Position numbers and translations under genes: made by a program
Part shown: one piece after another, positions 1 to 11,884 of the stretch
How positions within the stretch are numbered: the stretch's first letter is position 1
How the letters are laid out: every line of letters starts with the position of its first letter
Notes under the pieces: model-generated
Told to the model about the DNA's origin: nothing
Database searches by the model: none
What the model saw: the letters and a program-made list of their open reading frames with translations, nothing else
Source of the DNA: Pseudomonadota bacterium
Lineage (GTDB): Bacteria; Pseudomonadota; Alphaproteobacteria; Rhizobiales; Rhizobiaceae
Direction: 5' to 3'
DNA: 64,000 bases
Assembly (NCBI GenBank): GCA_043822005.1
Contig: JBDRCE010000031.1
Coordinates: 2,513 to 66,512 of the forward strand

Positions 1-222
1 CGCGTCCCCTACGACTGGGCCGTCGCCACCAACAACCGCGGCGGCGCCCGCGTCGAACTTGGCACGCTCACGTCGGCGCCGGACCTCATCCGCGCGGGCA
101 TCGCGGATATCGAGACGGCCTGGGCGTATGACAGGGAGACCGGCGAGACGGGGTACGACGAGTATTACGGCAAGCGCATCGATGCGGCGAGGAAGACGCT
201 AGAGGGGGTCGAGAAGCGCTGA
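1..222 (+). CDS. 3' end of an ORF entering from the left edge (hypothetical protein)
   Basis: Frame 1 is open from base 1 to TGA at 220-222 with GC-rich third positions. No recognisable motif. Confidence 0.35.
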   Translation, partial: RVPYDWAVATNNRGGARVELGTLTSAPDLIRAGIADIETAWAYDRETGETGYDEYYGKRIDAARKTLEGVEKR

Positions 223-238
223 ACGGCGGCGCTTGGCG

Positions 239-1720
239 CTACTGCCTCGTCACGCTGATCGGCGGGAGGGAGCCGGTCTGAACCTTAAGTTTGGAGAGAA
301 GACCATTGGAGGCGATCGGGTCGATCCGCAACGTCGTCCCCGCGAACTCCTCGGGAAGAATGACCCAAATGTCCCGCTGCCCCGGCGAGTCCGCAAGCGT
401 CAGGGAGAACCCTTCGAAGTAAGGTCCGTTCTGATTCACCGCATCGCGGATCGGCAGATGGACAAAGGTTGGCTGTTTTAACGCCGTTCCGAACAAAACG
501 CGAATGCAAGGCCTGCCGTCATCGGGCAATCTCACATGGATTTGCGGATCCACCCCCGCTGCGAAGTCGCCGGACGGCGTTTCGTCCAGGGACTTGAGCG
601 TGAGGCGATCCTTGCCGATATCATGGACCGGACATCCGCGCGCAGCCTCGGCATTTGAGTCGATAAACGCCTTGCCTACCGCACCAGTCCAGGCCAGATC
701 CCCCCAGACGCGCTGCTTCAGATACCTCTCAACGGTATTGGCGAGTACAAGCTGAGGCTTTGTCGCCAGGATATCACGAATCTTCCGATCAAGATCTGGT
801 GCGCCATATGTAAGAAGTGTCGGATTGAGAAATATCCTGGAAATCAGATCTCGACTTACCCCATAGAAAGAATCGTGAATTATTACCGCCTTCGGAATCC
901 GATTCAAAGACTCGGCGGGCAGATTTTTATCAATGTAATCATTGTAGAGCTTTTTCTCTTCCTCGAAATGAACCCTCAAAAGATTGCGGGTGCTATCTGT
1001 TTCATATTTTGAAGTCGCATTCGAAATTATCTCCCCGGGAATCTCTCGTCCCGTCAATTCGCCGACAAGTTGTCGGAATGCTCTTATCTTTCCAAGCTCG
1101 TTCCAATGTGTATCGGTTTTGAAATAGAGGAGATCATCGGTCACATCGTGACCCATCACCTTGAAGTGGTCGATCACGCTCGATCCGCTGGCTTCCGCGA
1201 CTTTGCGCCATTTCCGGGAGGAGAGAATCTTGCAGCCGGCTGCGGCCTCAGCAGCTGGACCCAATTTCTCCGGATAGACGACTTCCTTGTCGGGAGAGAC
1301 GGACACGCGGTAGTCGATGCCGATAGCGCGGGCGATCACGCGCAATGCTTCGACCCGCCCCAACACGAATCCGATTTCGCGGTCTGAAAGACATTTCCCG
1401 TTTTCGAAACCAGGCTTGTAGAAAAGCCACCCAGCCTCTCCGGAAATCACCTCCGGCGTATTGGTGAAGCCGAACACTTTGAAATCGAGAGTATTCTTGG
1501 CGCTGATGGCGTCCATGCCGATCGGGGAGTTGCTGACGAGGCGCCGCGCAACATCGTTCCGGTAGTCATCGTCGGCTGCAAGAAGTTGTGGCGCGAACAG
1601 CTGCTTTGCGGTCACCAGCTTCTCGGCAAACTGATCAGGTCCGAACGACGCAAGGCTTCCGATCGGCGCCGCAAGAAACGCGGCGAAGACGGCGGCGGTG
1701 GCGAGGTTGGCGAGCTTCAT
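239..1720 (-). CDS. AlgX/AlgJ-like SGNH-type polysaccharide O-acetyltransferase, exported
   Basis: Start taken at MKLANLATAAVFAAFLAAPIGSLA (signal peptide), 2 nt after the stop of the upstream MBOAT gene. Carries the DTHWN motif typical of AlgJ/AlgX. The upstream part of track ORF 239..1963 overlaps the MBOAT gene and is rejected. Confidence 0.7.
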   Translation of the reverse strand: MKLANLATAAVFAAFLAAPIGSLASFGPDQFAEKLVTAKQLFAPQLLAADDDYRNDVARRLVSNSPIGMDAISAKNTLDFKVFGFTNTPEVISGEAGWLFYKPGFENGKCLSDREIGFVLGRVEALRVIARAIGIDYRVSVSPDKEVVYPEKLGPAAEAAAGCKILSSRKWRKVAEASGSSVIDHFKVMGHDVTDDLLYFKTDTHWNELGKIRAFRQLVGELTGREIPGEIISNATSKYETDSTRNLLRVHFEEEKKLYNDYIDKNLPAESLNRIPKAVIIHDSFYGVSRDLISRIFLNPTLLTYGAPDLDRKIRDILATKPQLVLANTVERYLKQRVWGDLAWTGAVGKAFIDSNAEAARGCPVHDIGKDRLTLKSLDETPSGDFAAGVDPQIHVRLPDDGRPCIRVLFGTALKQPTFVHLPIRDAVNQNGPYFEGFSLTLADSPGQRDIWVILPEEFAGTTLRIDPIASNGLLSKLKVQTGSLPPISVTRQ

Positions 1721-1722
1721 CC

Positions 1723-3135
1723 TCAGAACCTGAAATAGAGGAAGGGCGAGAAGGACTGCGGAATGACGTAGATCGTGCACATCGTCACCGCGGCAGCGAC
1801 GAAAGCCAGCCGGGCATATCGGCCTATCTCGCCGCTCACGCCGGCTACGACCACGCCCGCCGGCCGGAACTGGCCCTGCATGAGGATGAGCAGGCTGGCG
1901 AGCAGCATCGCGGTGGTCGCCTGGGGCGAAAGCGCGAGCGTCATCGTGCCCGGCACAGTCCATGCTCCGTCGGCGAGCGGGGAGAACATAGCGCGCAGAT
2001 GGGAAACGAACGTCGGCAGGTCATTCGCCCTGAACATCACCCAGCCGACGATCACGACGGGGAAGAAGTAGATGAGCCTGAGAGCCTGGGAGGAGACCGC
2101 TTTCCCCCCCAGCAGCAAACGCTCGGCGATCAGGAACGCGCCGTGGTAGATGCCCCACAGCACGAAGGTCCACGCCGCCCCGTGCCAGACGCCGGTGGCG
2201 AGGAAGACGATCATCAGGTTGACATAGGTCCGGATCGGCCCGGCCCGGTTGCCGCCGAGCGGAATGTAGAGATAGTCGCGGAACCAGGTCGACAGCGACA
2301 TGTGCCAGCGGCGCCAGAACTCGGTGATCGTCGCCGCCGCGTAAGGGTGGTTGAAGTTCTCGCGGAAGCGGATACCGAACATCATGGCCAGTCCGATCGC
2401 CATGTCGGAATAGCCGGAGAAGTCGAAATAAATCTGGATCGAATAGGCGATTGCGCCGAGCCACGCCGACGCGAAAGTCTGGTCGGCGCCTGCGAGCGCG
2501 AACGACGCATCCGCCACCCCCGCCACGCTGTCGGCGATCAGCACCTTCTTGCACAGGCCGACCATGAAGCGGGCGGCGCCGGCCGCGAAAATGTCGGTGT
2601 CCAGCCGCGGATGATGGAAATCCTTCTCGACATCCTTGTAGCGGACGATCGGCCCGGCGATCAGTTGCGGGAAAAAGGCCTTGTAGGCGGCGAACAGGAC
2701 CAGGCTGCGCTCGGCCTTCACCTCTCCGCGCCACACGTCGATGACGTAGGAAATGCCCTGGAAGGTGAAGAACGAGATGCCGATCGGCAGCACGATCGCC
2801 TCGGCGAAGGCCTTCAGCGGCTCCGAACCGAAGAAGCCGACGGAGCCGAGCAGGAAGCCCGTGTATTTGTAGTAGCAGAGAATGAGAACGTTGAGCCCTA
2901 TGACCGCCGCGACCACGCTCTTTCGATGCCACCGTTCGACCGCCAGCGCGCCGCCATAGTTCAGCGCGATGCTGACCAGCAGCAGGACGACGTAGAGGCC
3001 CGAAGACCAGTAGAAGAAGACCAGGCTCGACAGGAGAATGAACGGCGGGAAGAACCGCGTGCCGTTCAGGATCACTCCCAGGAGCAGCGTGATCGGCAGG
3101 TAGAGGTAGAGAAAGGCCTGGTCCGAAAATACCAT
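1723..3135 (-). CDS. MBOAT family O-acyltransferase (AlgI/DltB-like)
   Basis: 470 aa, multi-pass membrane protein. Conserved WRRWHMSLSTWFRDYLYIPLGGNR block with the catalytic His, typical of AlgI-type MBOATs. Confidence 0.9.
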   Translation of the reverse strand: MVFSDQAFLYLYLPITLLLGVILNGTRFFPPFILLSSLVFFYWSSGLYVVLLLVSIALNYGGALAVERWHRKSVVAAVIGLNVLILCYYKYTGFLLGSVGFFGSEPLKAFAEAIVLPIGISFFTFQGISYVIDVWRGEVKAERSLVLFAAYKAFFPQLIAGPIVRYKDVEKDFHHPRLDTDIFAAGAARFMVGLCKKVLIADSVAGVADASFALAGADQTFASAWLGAIAYSIQIYFDFSGYSDMAIGLAMMFGIRFRENFNHPYAAATITEFWRRWHMSLSTWFRDYLYIPLGGNRAGPIRTYVNLMIVFLATGVWHGAAWTFVLWGIYHGAFLIAERLLLGGKAVSSQALRLIYFFPVVIVGWVMFRANDLPTFVSHLRAMFSPLADGAWTVPGTMTLALSPQATTAMLLASLLILMQGQFRPAGVVVAGVSGEIGRYARLAFVAAAVTMCTIYVIPQSFSPFLYFRF

Positions 3136-3178
3136 CTAACCCGCCGCCCGGAGTCGCTGTCGCCACCGCAGATCGCAA

Positions 3179-6100
3179 ATGGAGGTGGCGAAGTCAATTC
3201 GCGCCTGCCCGGCCTTCCTGTCCGCAATCGGTTGCAAAGTCACAAGTCACACGGTTAGGCTGCCGCGCGGATTCTCCCCGCCGCATGGGGCCAATGCTTT
3301 GAGCCAGTTACTGGTCCAGCAATACCTGAACGAAATCGACCGGTTGCGGAAGTTCTCCGGCTCCGTGACCGAAGGCGTGATCTCGGAAGCGTTCAAGGAC
3401 CTGCTCAAGGCGTGGTCGCGGCAGTTGAACTGGCAGTTCGCGGCGCAGTTCGAATTCGCCTCGACGCAGAAGTCGCGCATCCGCCCCGACGGCACGATCT
3501 TCCATTCGCTCGGGCTGCCCTTCGGCTACTGGGAGGCGAAGGATACAGCCGACGACCTCGACGTCGAGATCAGGAAGAAGCTGGCGCGCGGCTATCCGCA
3601 GGACAACATCATCTTCGAGAATTCGCACACGGCCGTCCTGATCCAGGACCGGAACGAGGTGTTCCGCTGCTCGATGACCGACACGGACGAGCTGCTGAAG
3701 CTGCTCAACCTGTTCTTCAAATACGAGCGCGAGGAAATCCGCGAGTTCCGCAAGGCGATCGAGGAGTTCAAGACCTACCTGCCCTATGTGCTGGAGTCGC
3801 TGCGCGAGCGGATCGACACGGCCTACGACCAGAACGCCGATTTCCACGCCGCCGCGGAGAAGTTCCTCCGGCATGCGAAGGACACGATCAATCCCTCGGT
3901 CGGCGAGGCCGATGTACGGGAGATGCTGATCCAGCACATCCTGACCGAGGAGATTTTCGCCAACGTCTTCAACGAGAACGATTTCCACCGCGAGAACAAC
4001 ATCGCCAAGGAGCTCTACGCGCTGGAAGGAAAGTTCTTCACGGGGGCGGTGAAGAAGGAGACGCTCAAGGGGCTGGAACTCTACTACGCCGCAATCCGCG
4101 CCAACGCGGCCCAGATCTCCAGCCACGCCGAGAAGCAGCAGTTCCTCAAGCTGATCTACGAGAATTTCTACAAGGTCTACAATCCGAAGGCGGCAGATCG
4201 CCTCGGCGTCGTCTACACGCCGAACGAGATCGTGAAGTTCATGATCGAGGGCGCCGACTGGCTCACCCAGAAGCATTTCGGAAAAAGCCTGATCGACGAG
4301 CACGTCGAGATCCTCGACCCCGCGACCGGCACCGGCACCTTCATCTGCGAACTTTTGGAGCACTTTCGCGGCCAGCCGCGCAAGCTCGCGCACAAATACA
4401 AGAACGAGCTGCACGCCAACGAGGTGGCGATCCTGCCCTATTACGTGGCGAACCTGAACATCGAGGCGACCTATGCCGCGATCTCGGGCCAGTTCGCCGA
4501 GTTCCCCAACCTCTGCTTCGTCGATACGCTGGACAATGTCGCGGGGCTGGGCATCAAGGCCGGCCACCAGCACGACCTATTCGGCGCCATGTCGGAGGAA
4601 AACGTCGCCCGCGTGAAGCGCCAGAACGCGAAGAAGATATCGGTGATCATCGGCAATCCGCCGTACAATGCCTGGCAGGAGAACTTCAACAACCGCAACC
4701 CGAACCGCGCCTATCGGAAAATCGATGAGCGGATTGCGGAGACCTACGTACGTAAGGGCACCGCCCAGAACAAGAACTCGGTCTACGACATGTACACCCG
4801 GTTCTTCCGCTGGGCATCGGACCGCCTGCACGACGACGGCGTGTTGGCGCTCATCACCAATCGCAACTTCATCGAGAAGGCCGCCTTCGACGGCTTCCGC
4901 CGCTCGGTGGCGGACGAGTTCAACGAAATCTACCTCGTCGACCTCGGCGGCGATGTGCGCGCCAACCCGAAAATTTCAGGTACTAAGCACAATGTCTTCG
5001 GCATCCAGACCGGCGTAACGATCTCGCTGCTGGTGAAGCGGAAGGGCCAGAAAGGGTGCAAGATTTTCTACGTGCGACGGCCAGAATTCGACACCGCTGA
5101 CGACAAGCTCAACTTTCTGGCGAACACAGCCGCGTCTAAGATCGCGTGGCAACGGATAGAAGCCGATTCCAAGGCGGTTTGGCTCGACCAGACGGAGAAC
5201 GATTGGGATAGCTTTATTCCACTCGCCAGCAAGTCGGCCAAGGCGAACAAGACCGGCGCCAAGAATCAGGCGATCTTCCGCCTGTTCTCGAGCGGCTTGA
5301 AAACCCAGCGCGACGAGTGGGTGTATGATGTTTCGCGCGACGCGCTTGAAGCGAAGATGCGTTACTTCGTCGACGTTTACGAAGCTACAAGGAAAGATGC
5401 TAAGCATCCGGAAGGAGATACCGTCAAATGGGATCGGGAACTAAGTCGCTATCGGCTTAACAACATTCCTAAAGCATTCGAGACGTTCAAAATCCTTCCT
5501 GCTGCATTTAGACCGTTCACAAAGCGCTTCCTGTATTTTGACCAGCATTTCAATGGGATGACATACCAGCTTCCAGACATTTTTCCACCGAATGCCGAGA
5601 ATATCGTAATCAGCTTCAGCGGCATCGGCTTTCGGGCCGACTTCTGCGTTTCAAGCTGGGACGGACCGGTTGACCTTCACTACGGGGCTGCCGCTGATGG
5701 CTATCAGGTCGTTCCCCGCTATCGCTACGGCATGCCCGGCGAGCGCATCGACAACATCACCGACTGGGCGTTGAAGGAATTCCATAAGGCCTATGGCAAG
5801 GACGGGCGCGGCACGCCCGCGAAGGAGAGCGCGGCGGCGGAGCGCGCAATCTCCCCCCGTGTGGGGGAGATGGGCGGCAGCCCAGAGGGGGGCGCCACAG
5901 AGCGCGACACCTCCGGCGCGGCGGCGGCGGATGCGGTTGGAGACGCTGGCGGGACAGCGCCCCCCTCTGCCCTGCCGGGCATCTCCCCCACACGGGGGGA
6001 GATTGGCCAATCGCCTGGCGCCGCCCCCATGCAGATCGGCCAGTCGCGCAAGGCGCGCCAGCTCGGCAAGGACGACGTCTTCCACTACGTCTATGGCGTG

Positions 6101-6604
6101 CTGCACGACCCGGTCTATCGCGAGACCTATGCGCTGAACCTGAAGCGCGAGTTTCCGCGCATTCCGTTCTATCCGGACTTCTGGCGCTGGGCAGAATGGG
6201 GCGAGAGGCTGATGGCGCTGCACATCGGTTACGAGAGCGTCGAGCCCTGGCCGCTGGCGCGGCTCGACACACCGGACGAGAAGGCGCGGCAAGCCGGCGT
6301 CGCGCCCAGGGCGATGCTGAAGGCCGACCGGGACAACGGCATCATCAGGCTGGACTCGGAAACGCAATTGTCGGGCGTGCCCAAGGAGGCGTGGGACTAT
6401 CGGCTCGGCAACCGCTCGGGACTGGAGTGGATTCTCGACCAGTACAAGGAAAAGACGCCGAAAGATCCGACGATCCGCGAGAAATTCAACACCTACCGCT
6501 TCGCCGACTACAAGGAGAAGGTGGTCGACCTCCTGATGCGCGTGACGCGGGTGAGCGTCGAGACGGTGGCGATCACGGACGCGATGAAGGAGGCGAGGCA
6601 GTGA
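3179..6604 (+). CDS. Type ISP/IIG-like restriction-modification fusion: N-terminal PD-ExK nuclease motif, gamma-class N6-adenine methyltransferase, C-terminal type-ISP-like specificity region; no helicase module
   Basis: RPDG...GYWEAKD (PD-ExK). ILDPATGTGTF (SAM motif I). IIGNPPYNAW (motif IV). C-terminal block YRLGNRSGLEWILDQYKEKTPKDPTIREKFNTYRFADYKEKVVDLL. No Walker A between nuclease and methylase. Start uncertain (ATG 3179 or in-frame TTG 3299). Confidence 0.85.
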   Translation: MEVAKSIRACPAFLSAIGCKVTSHTVRLPRGFSPPHGANALSQLLVQQYLNEIDRLRKFSGSVTEGVISEAFKDLLKAWSRQLNWQFAAQFEFASTQKSRIRPDGTIFHSLGLPFGYWEAKDTADDLDVEIRKKLARGYPQDNIIFENSHTAVLIQDRNEVFRCSMTDTDELLKLLNLFFKYEREEIREFRKAIEEFKTYLPYVLESLRERIDTAYDQNADFHAAAEKFLRHAKDTINPSVGEADVREMLIQHILTEEIFANVFNENDFHRENNIAKELYALEGKFFTGAVKKETLKGLELYYAAIRANAAQISSHAEKQQFLKLIYENFYKVYNPKAADRLGVVYTPNEIVKFMIEGADWLTQKHFGKSLIDEHVEILDPATGTGTFICELLEHFRGQPRKLAHKYKNELHANEVAILPYYVANLNIEATYAAISGQFAEFPNLCFVDTLDNVAGLGIKAGHQHDLFGAMSEENVARVKRQNAKKISVIIGNPPYNAWQENFNNRNPNRAYRKIDERIAETYVRKGTAQNKNSVYDMYTRFFRWASDRLHDDGVLALITNRNFIEKAAFDGFRRSVADEFNEIYLVDLGGDVRANPKISGTKHNVFGIQTGVTISLLVKRKGQKGCKIFYVRRPEFDTADDKLNFLANTAASKIAWQRIEADSKAVWLDQTENDWDSFIPLASKSAKANKTGAKNQAIFRLFSSGLKTQRDEWVYDVSRDALEAKMRYFVDVYEATRKDAKHPEGDTVKWDRELSRYRLNNIPKAFETFKILPAAFRPFTKRFLYFDQHFNGMTYQLPDIFPPNAENIVISFSGIGFRADFCVSSWDGPVDLHYGAAADGYQVVPRYRYGMPGERIDNITDWALKEFHKAYGKDGRGTPAKESAAAERAISPRVGEMGGSPEGGATERDTSGAAAADAVGDAGGTAPPSALPGISPTRGEIGQSPGAAPMQIGQSRKARQLGKDDVFHYVYGVLHDPVYRETYALNLKREFPRIPFYPDFWRWAEWGERLMALHIGYESVEPWPLARLDTPDEKARQAGVAPRAMLKADRDNGIIRLDSETQLSGVPKEAWDYRLGNRSGLEWILDQYKEKTPKDPTIREKFNTYRFADYKEKVVDLLMRVTRVSVETVAITDAMKEARQ
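5848..6004. repeat. GC-rich palindromic (REP/MITE-like) element lying in-frame inside the methyltransferase ORF
   Basis: Arms 5848-5896 and 5957-6004 are reverse complements (44 of 48 positions by hand alignment). Each arm also contains its own ATCTCCCCC...GGGGGAGAT hairpin. Translated as ISPRVGEMGGSPEGGA / GISPTRGEIGQSP. Confidence 0.8.
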
Positions 6605-7092
6605 CGCCGCGGCGATTCAGGTTGCCGGACGCCATCGCCAACCTGATCGCGGCGCGCAACGAGCTGCGCGCCGGCTACAGCCGGTTTGGCCTGAGCTTCA
6701 CCTTGGACGGCAACCTCGTCGGGGACCTGGGCGAAGCCGTGGCGGCCGAGCTGTTTGGGCTCCGGCTGATTGAAACGAGGTCTGCGGCGGGGATCGACGG
6801 CTATGCGCCGGACGGCCGCACCGTGCAGGTGAAGGCGACCGGCACGGGACGCGGTCCCGCCTTCCGGCAAAGCGAGACCAAGGCCGATCACCTGCTTTTC
6901 TTCGACCTCGATTTCGAGGCCGCCTGCGGAGCGGTCGTGTTCAACGGGCCGGAGCACCTTGCTACCCAGACGCTGCCGCCAGTGTTCGACAAGCAGAGAA
7001 TGGTGTCCGCGTCGCAGATCCGCCGCGCCGACGCAAAGGTCGATGAGCGCGACCGGATGCGGATCGCGCGGCCGGACATGATGTTCGAATGA
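6601..7092 (+). CDS. Hypothetical protein, translationally coupled to the methyltransferase fusion; possible PD-(D/E)xK-like fold
   Basis: GTG at 6601 overlaps the upstream stop (GTGA). 163 aa. GIDGYAPDGRTVQVKATG resembles a D...(E/Q)xK nuclease core. The longer track ORF from 6196 overlaps the upstream gene and is rejected. Confidence 0.55.
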   Translation: MTPRRFRLPDAIANLIAARNELRAGYSRFGLSFTLDGNLVGDLGEAVAAELFGLRLIETRSAAGIDGYAPDGRTVQVKATGTGRGPAFRQSETKADHLLFFDLDFEAACGAVVFNGPEHLATQTLPPVFDKQRMVSASQIRRADAKVDERDRMRIARPDMMFE

Positions 7093-7134
7093 CGACCGGC
7101 GCGATCCGACAAGGCGACTGAAGGGGAAAGACCG

Positions 7135-8028
7135 ATGACGATCCCAGTTCCAAAAGTGCCCGAACTGTTCATGCCCACGCTCAGGGCGCTTGATGCGCTG
7201 GGAGGTTCGGGCGCCAATGACGAGATCCCGCCAAAGGTAGGCGAGATCATGGGGCTTTCGGAAGAGACCATGAGCTTCCGCCCGCCGGAGTGGAGCGTCA
7301 ACGTTTTCGATCATAGGTGCGGCTGGGCGCGCAGCTGGCTGAAGAACGCCGGCTATGTGCAGAACAGCGAACGCGGCGTCTGGACGCTGACGGCAGAAGG
7401 TCGCGACGCACTCACGCTGCCCGAGGCGGAGCTGATGCGGCTGGTGCGCAAGGCCGACGCCGATCTCCGCAAGGCGCGCTCGGCTGTCTCGCCCGATAGG
7501 TCGGGGGCCGCGTCGCCGACGCTCGAGGCCAGCGTGGAAGAGACTGAAGCCGCGTCGGCCTTACCACCGACGGATTGGCGCGAACAATTGCTCGATGTAC
7601 TCGTGGCGATTGAGCCGTCCGCCTTCGAAAGATTGTGTCAGCGCATCCTGCGCGAGTCCGGATTCGTCAAGGTGGAGGTGACCGGAAAGACCGGCGACGG
7701 CGGCATCGACGGGACTGGCGTTCTGAAAATGAACCTCCTGTCATTCCATGTGCTCTTCCAGAGCAAGCGTTACCGAGGTTCGGTCGGCTCCAGCGTGGTG
7801 CGCGATTTTCGCGGCGCGATGGTCGGTCGCGCCGACAAGGGCCTGATCATCACCACCGGCAATTTCACCGCCGACGCCAGGCGCGAAGCGGTGCGCGACG
7901 GGGCGCCGGCCATCGACCTGATCGACGGCGAGGCGCTGTGCGACTTGCTGAAGGATCTCGGCATAGGCGTGAAGGTAAGAATGGTGCCCGAGGTGACGGT
8001 GGACGCGGGCGCGTTCGCAAATTTCTGA
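7135..8028 (+). CDS. mrr: Mrr-family type IV (modification-dependent) restriction endonuclease
   Basis: N-terminal Mrr_N winged-helix-like region. C-terminal catalytic block FERLCQRILRESGF...GKTGDGGIDGTGVLK...FQSKRY...GLIITTGNFT. Confidence 0.9.
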   Translation: MTIPVPKVPELFMPTLRALDALGGSGANDEIPPKVGEIMGLSEETMSFRPPEWSVNVFDHRCGWARSWLKNAGYVQNSERGVWTLTAEGRDALTLPEAELMRLVRKADADLRKARSAVSPDRSGAASPTLEASVEETEAASALPPTDWREQLLDVLVAIEPSAFERLCQRILRESGFVKVEVTGKTGDGGIDGTGVLKMNLLSFHVLFQSKRYRGSVGSSVVRDFRGAMVGRADKGLIITTGNFTADARREAVRDGAPAIDLIDGEALCDLLKDLGIGVKVRMVPEVTVDAGAFANF

Positions 8029-8179
8029 TCTTGGTCGGGGACGCTTTGTCCCTCGCCCATTTCCGGGGTTCCCCCCGCCCCGCTTCTCCCCTATAGAGCC
8101 CGCCTAGCCTTACATCGGAATCGAATGGCCGCCGGCGGAAGAACCCGCACCGGCGGCTTGCGCACACGCCGGGACGCCC

Positions 8180-11686
<3,507 letters not shown>

Positions 11687-11699
11687 GCGACCAGGCGCG

Positions 11700-11825
11700 G
11701 CCCGTCCTTCTCCCCCTGCGGGAGAAGGTGCCCCGACGGGGCGGATGAGGGGTATTGCGAGGAGCGCGACGACCCAAGGGTGGTGCGTTGGTGACCCATC
11801 CTCCTCTGGCCCACTCCTCGCAGCA
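11700..11825. repeat. REP-like GC-rich palindromic elements downstream of carB
   Basis: Hairpin CCTTCTCCC-cctgc-GGGAGAAGG at 11706-11728. 9-nt inverted pair TGCGAGGAG (11755-11763) / CTCCTCGCA (11814-11822). Confidence 0.55.
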
Positions 11826-11884
11826 CCCAACATCCTTCGATCCATGGCACCGTCGTGTTGTGGGTTAAGTTAAATAGATATAAC

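Noticed and set aside
6196-6600. Upstream extension of track ORF 6196..7092 (298 aa).
   Set aside because: It overlaps the conserved C-terminus of the methylase fusion in another frame. The coupled GTG at 6601 gives a sensible gene.
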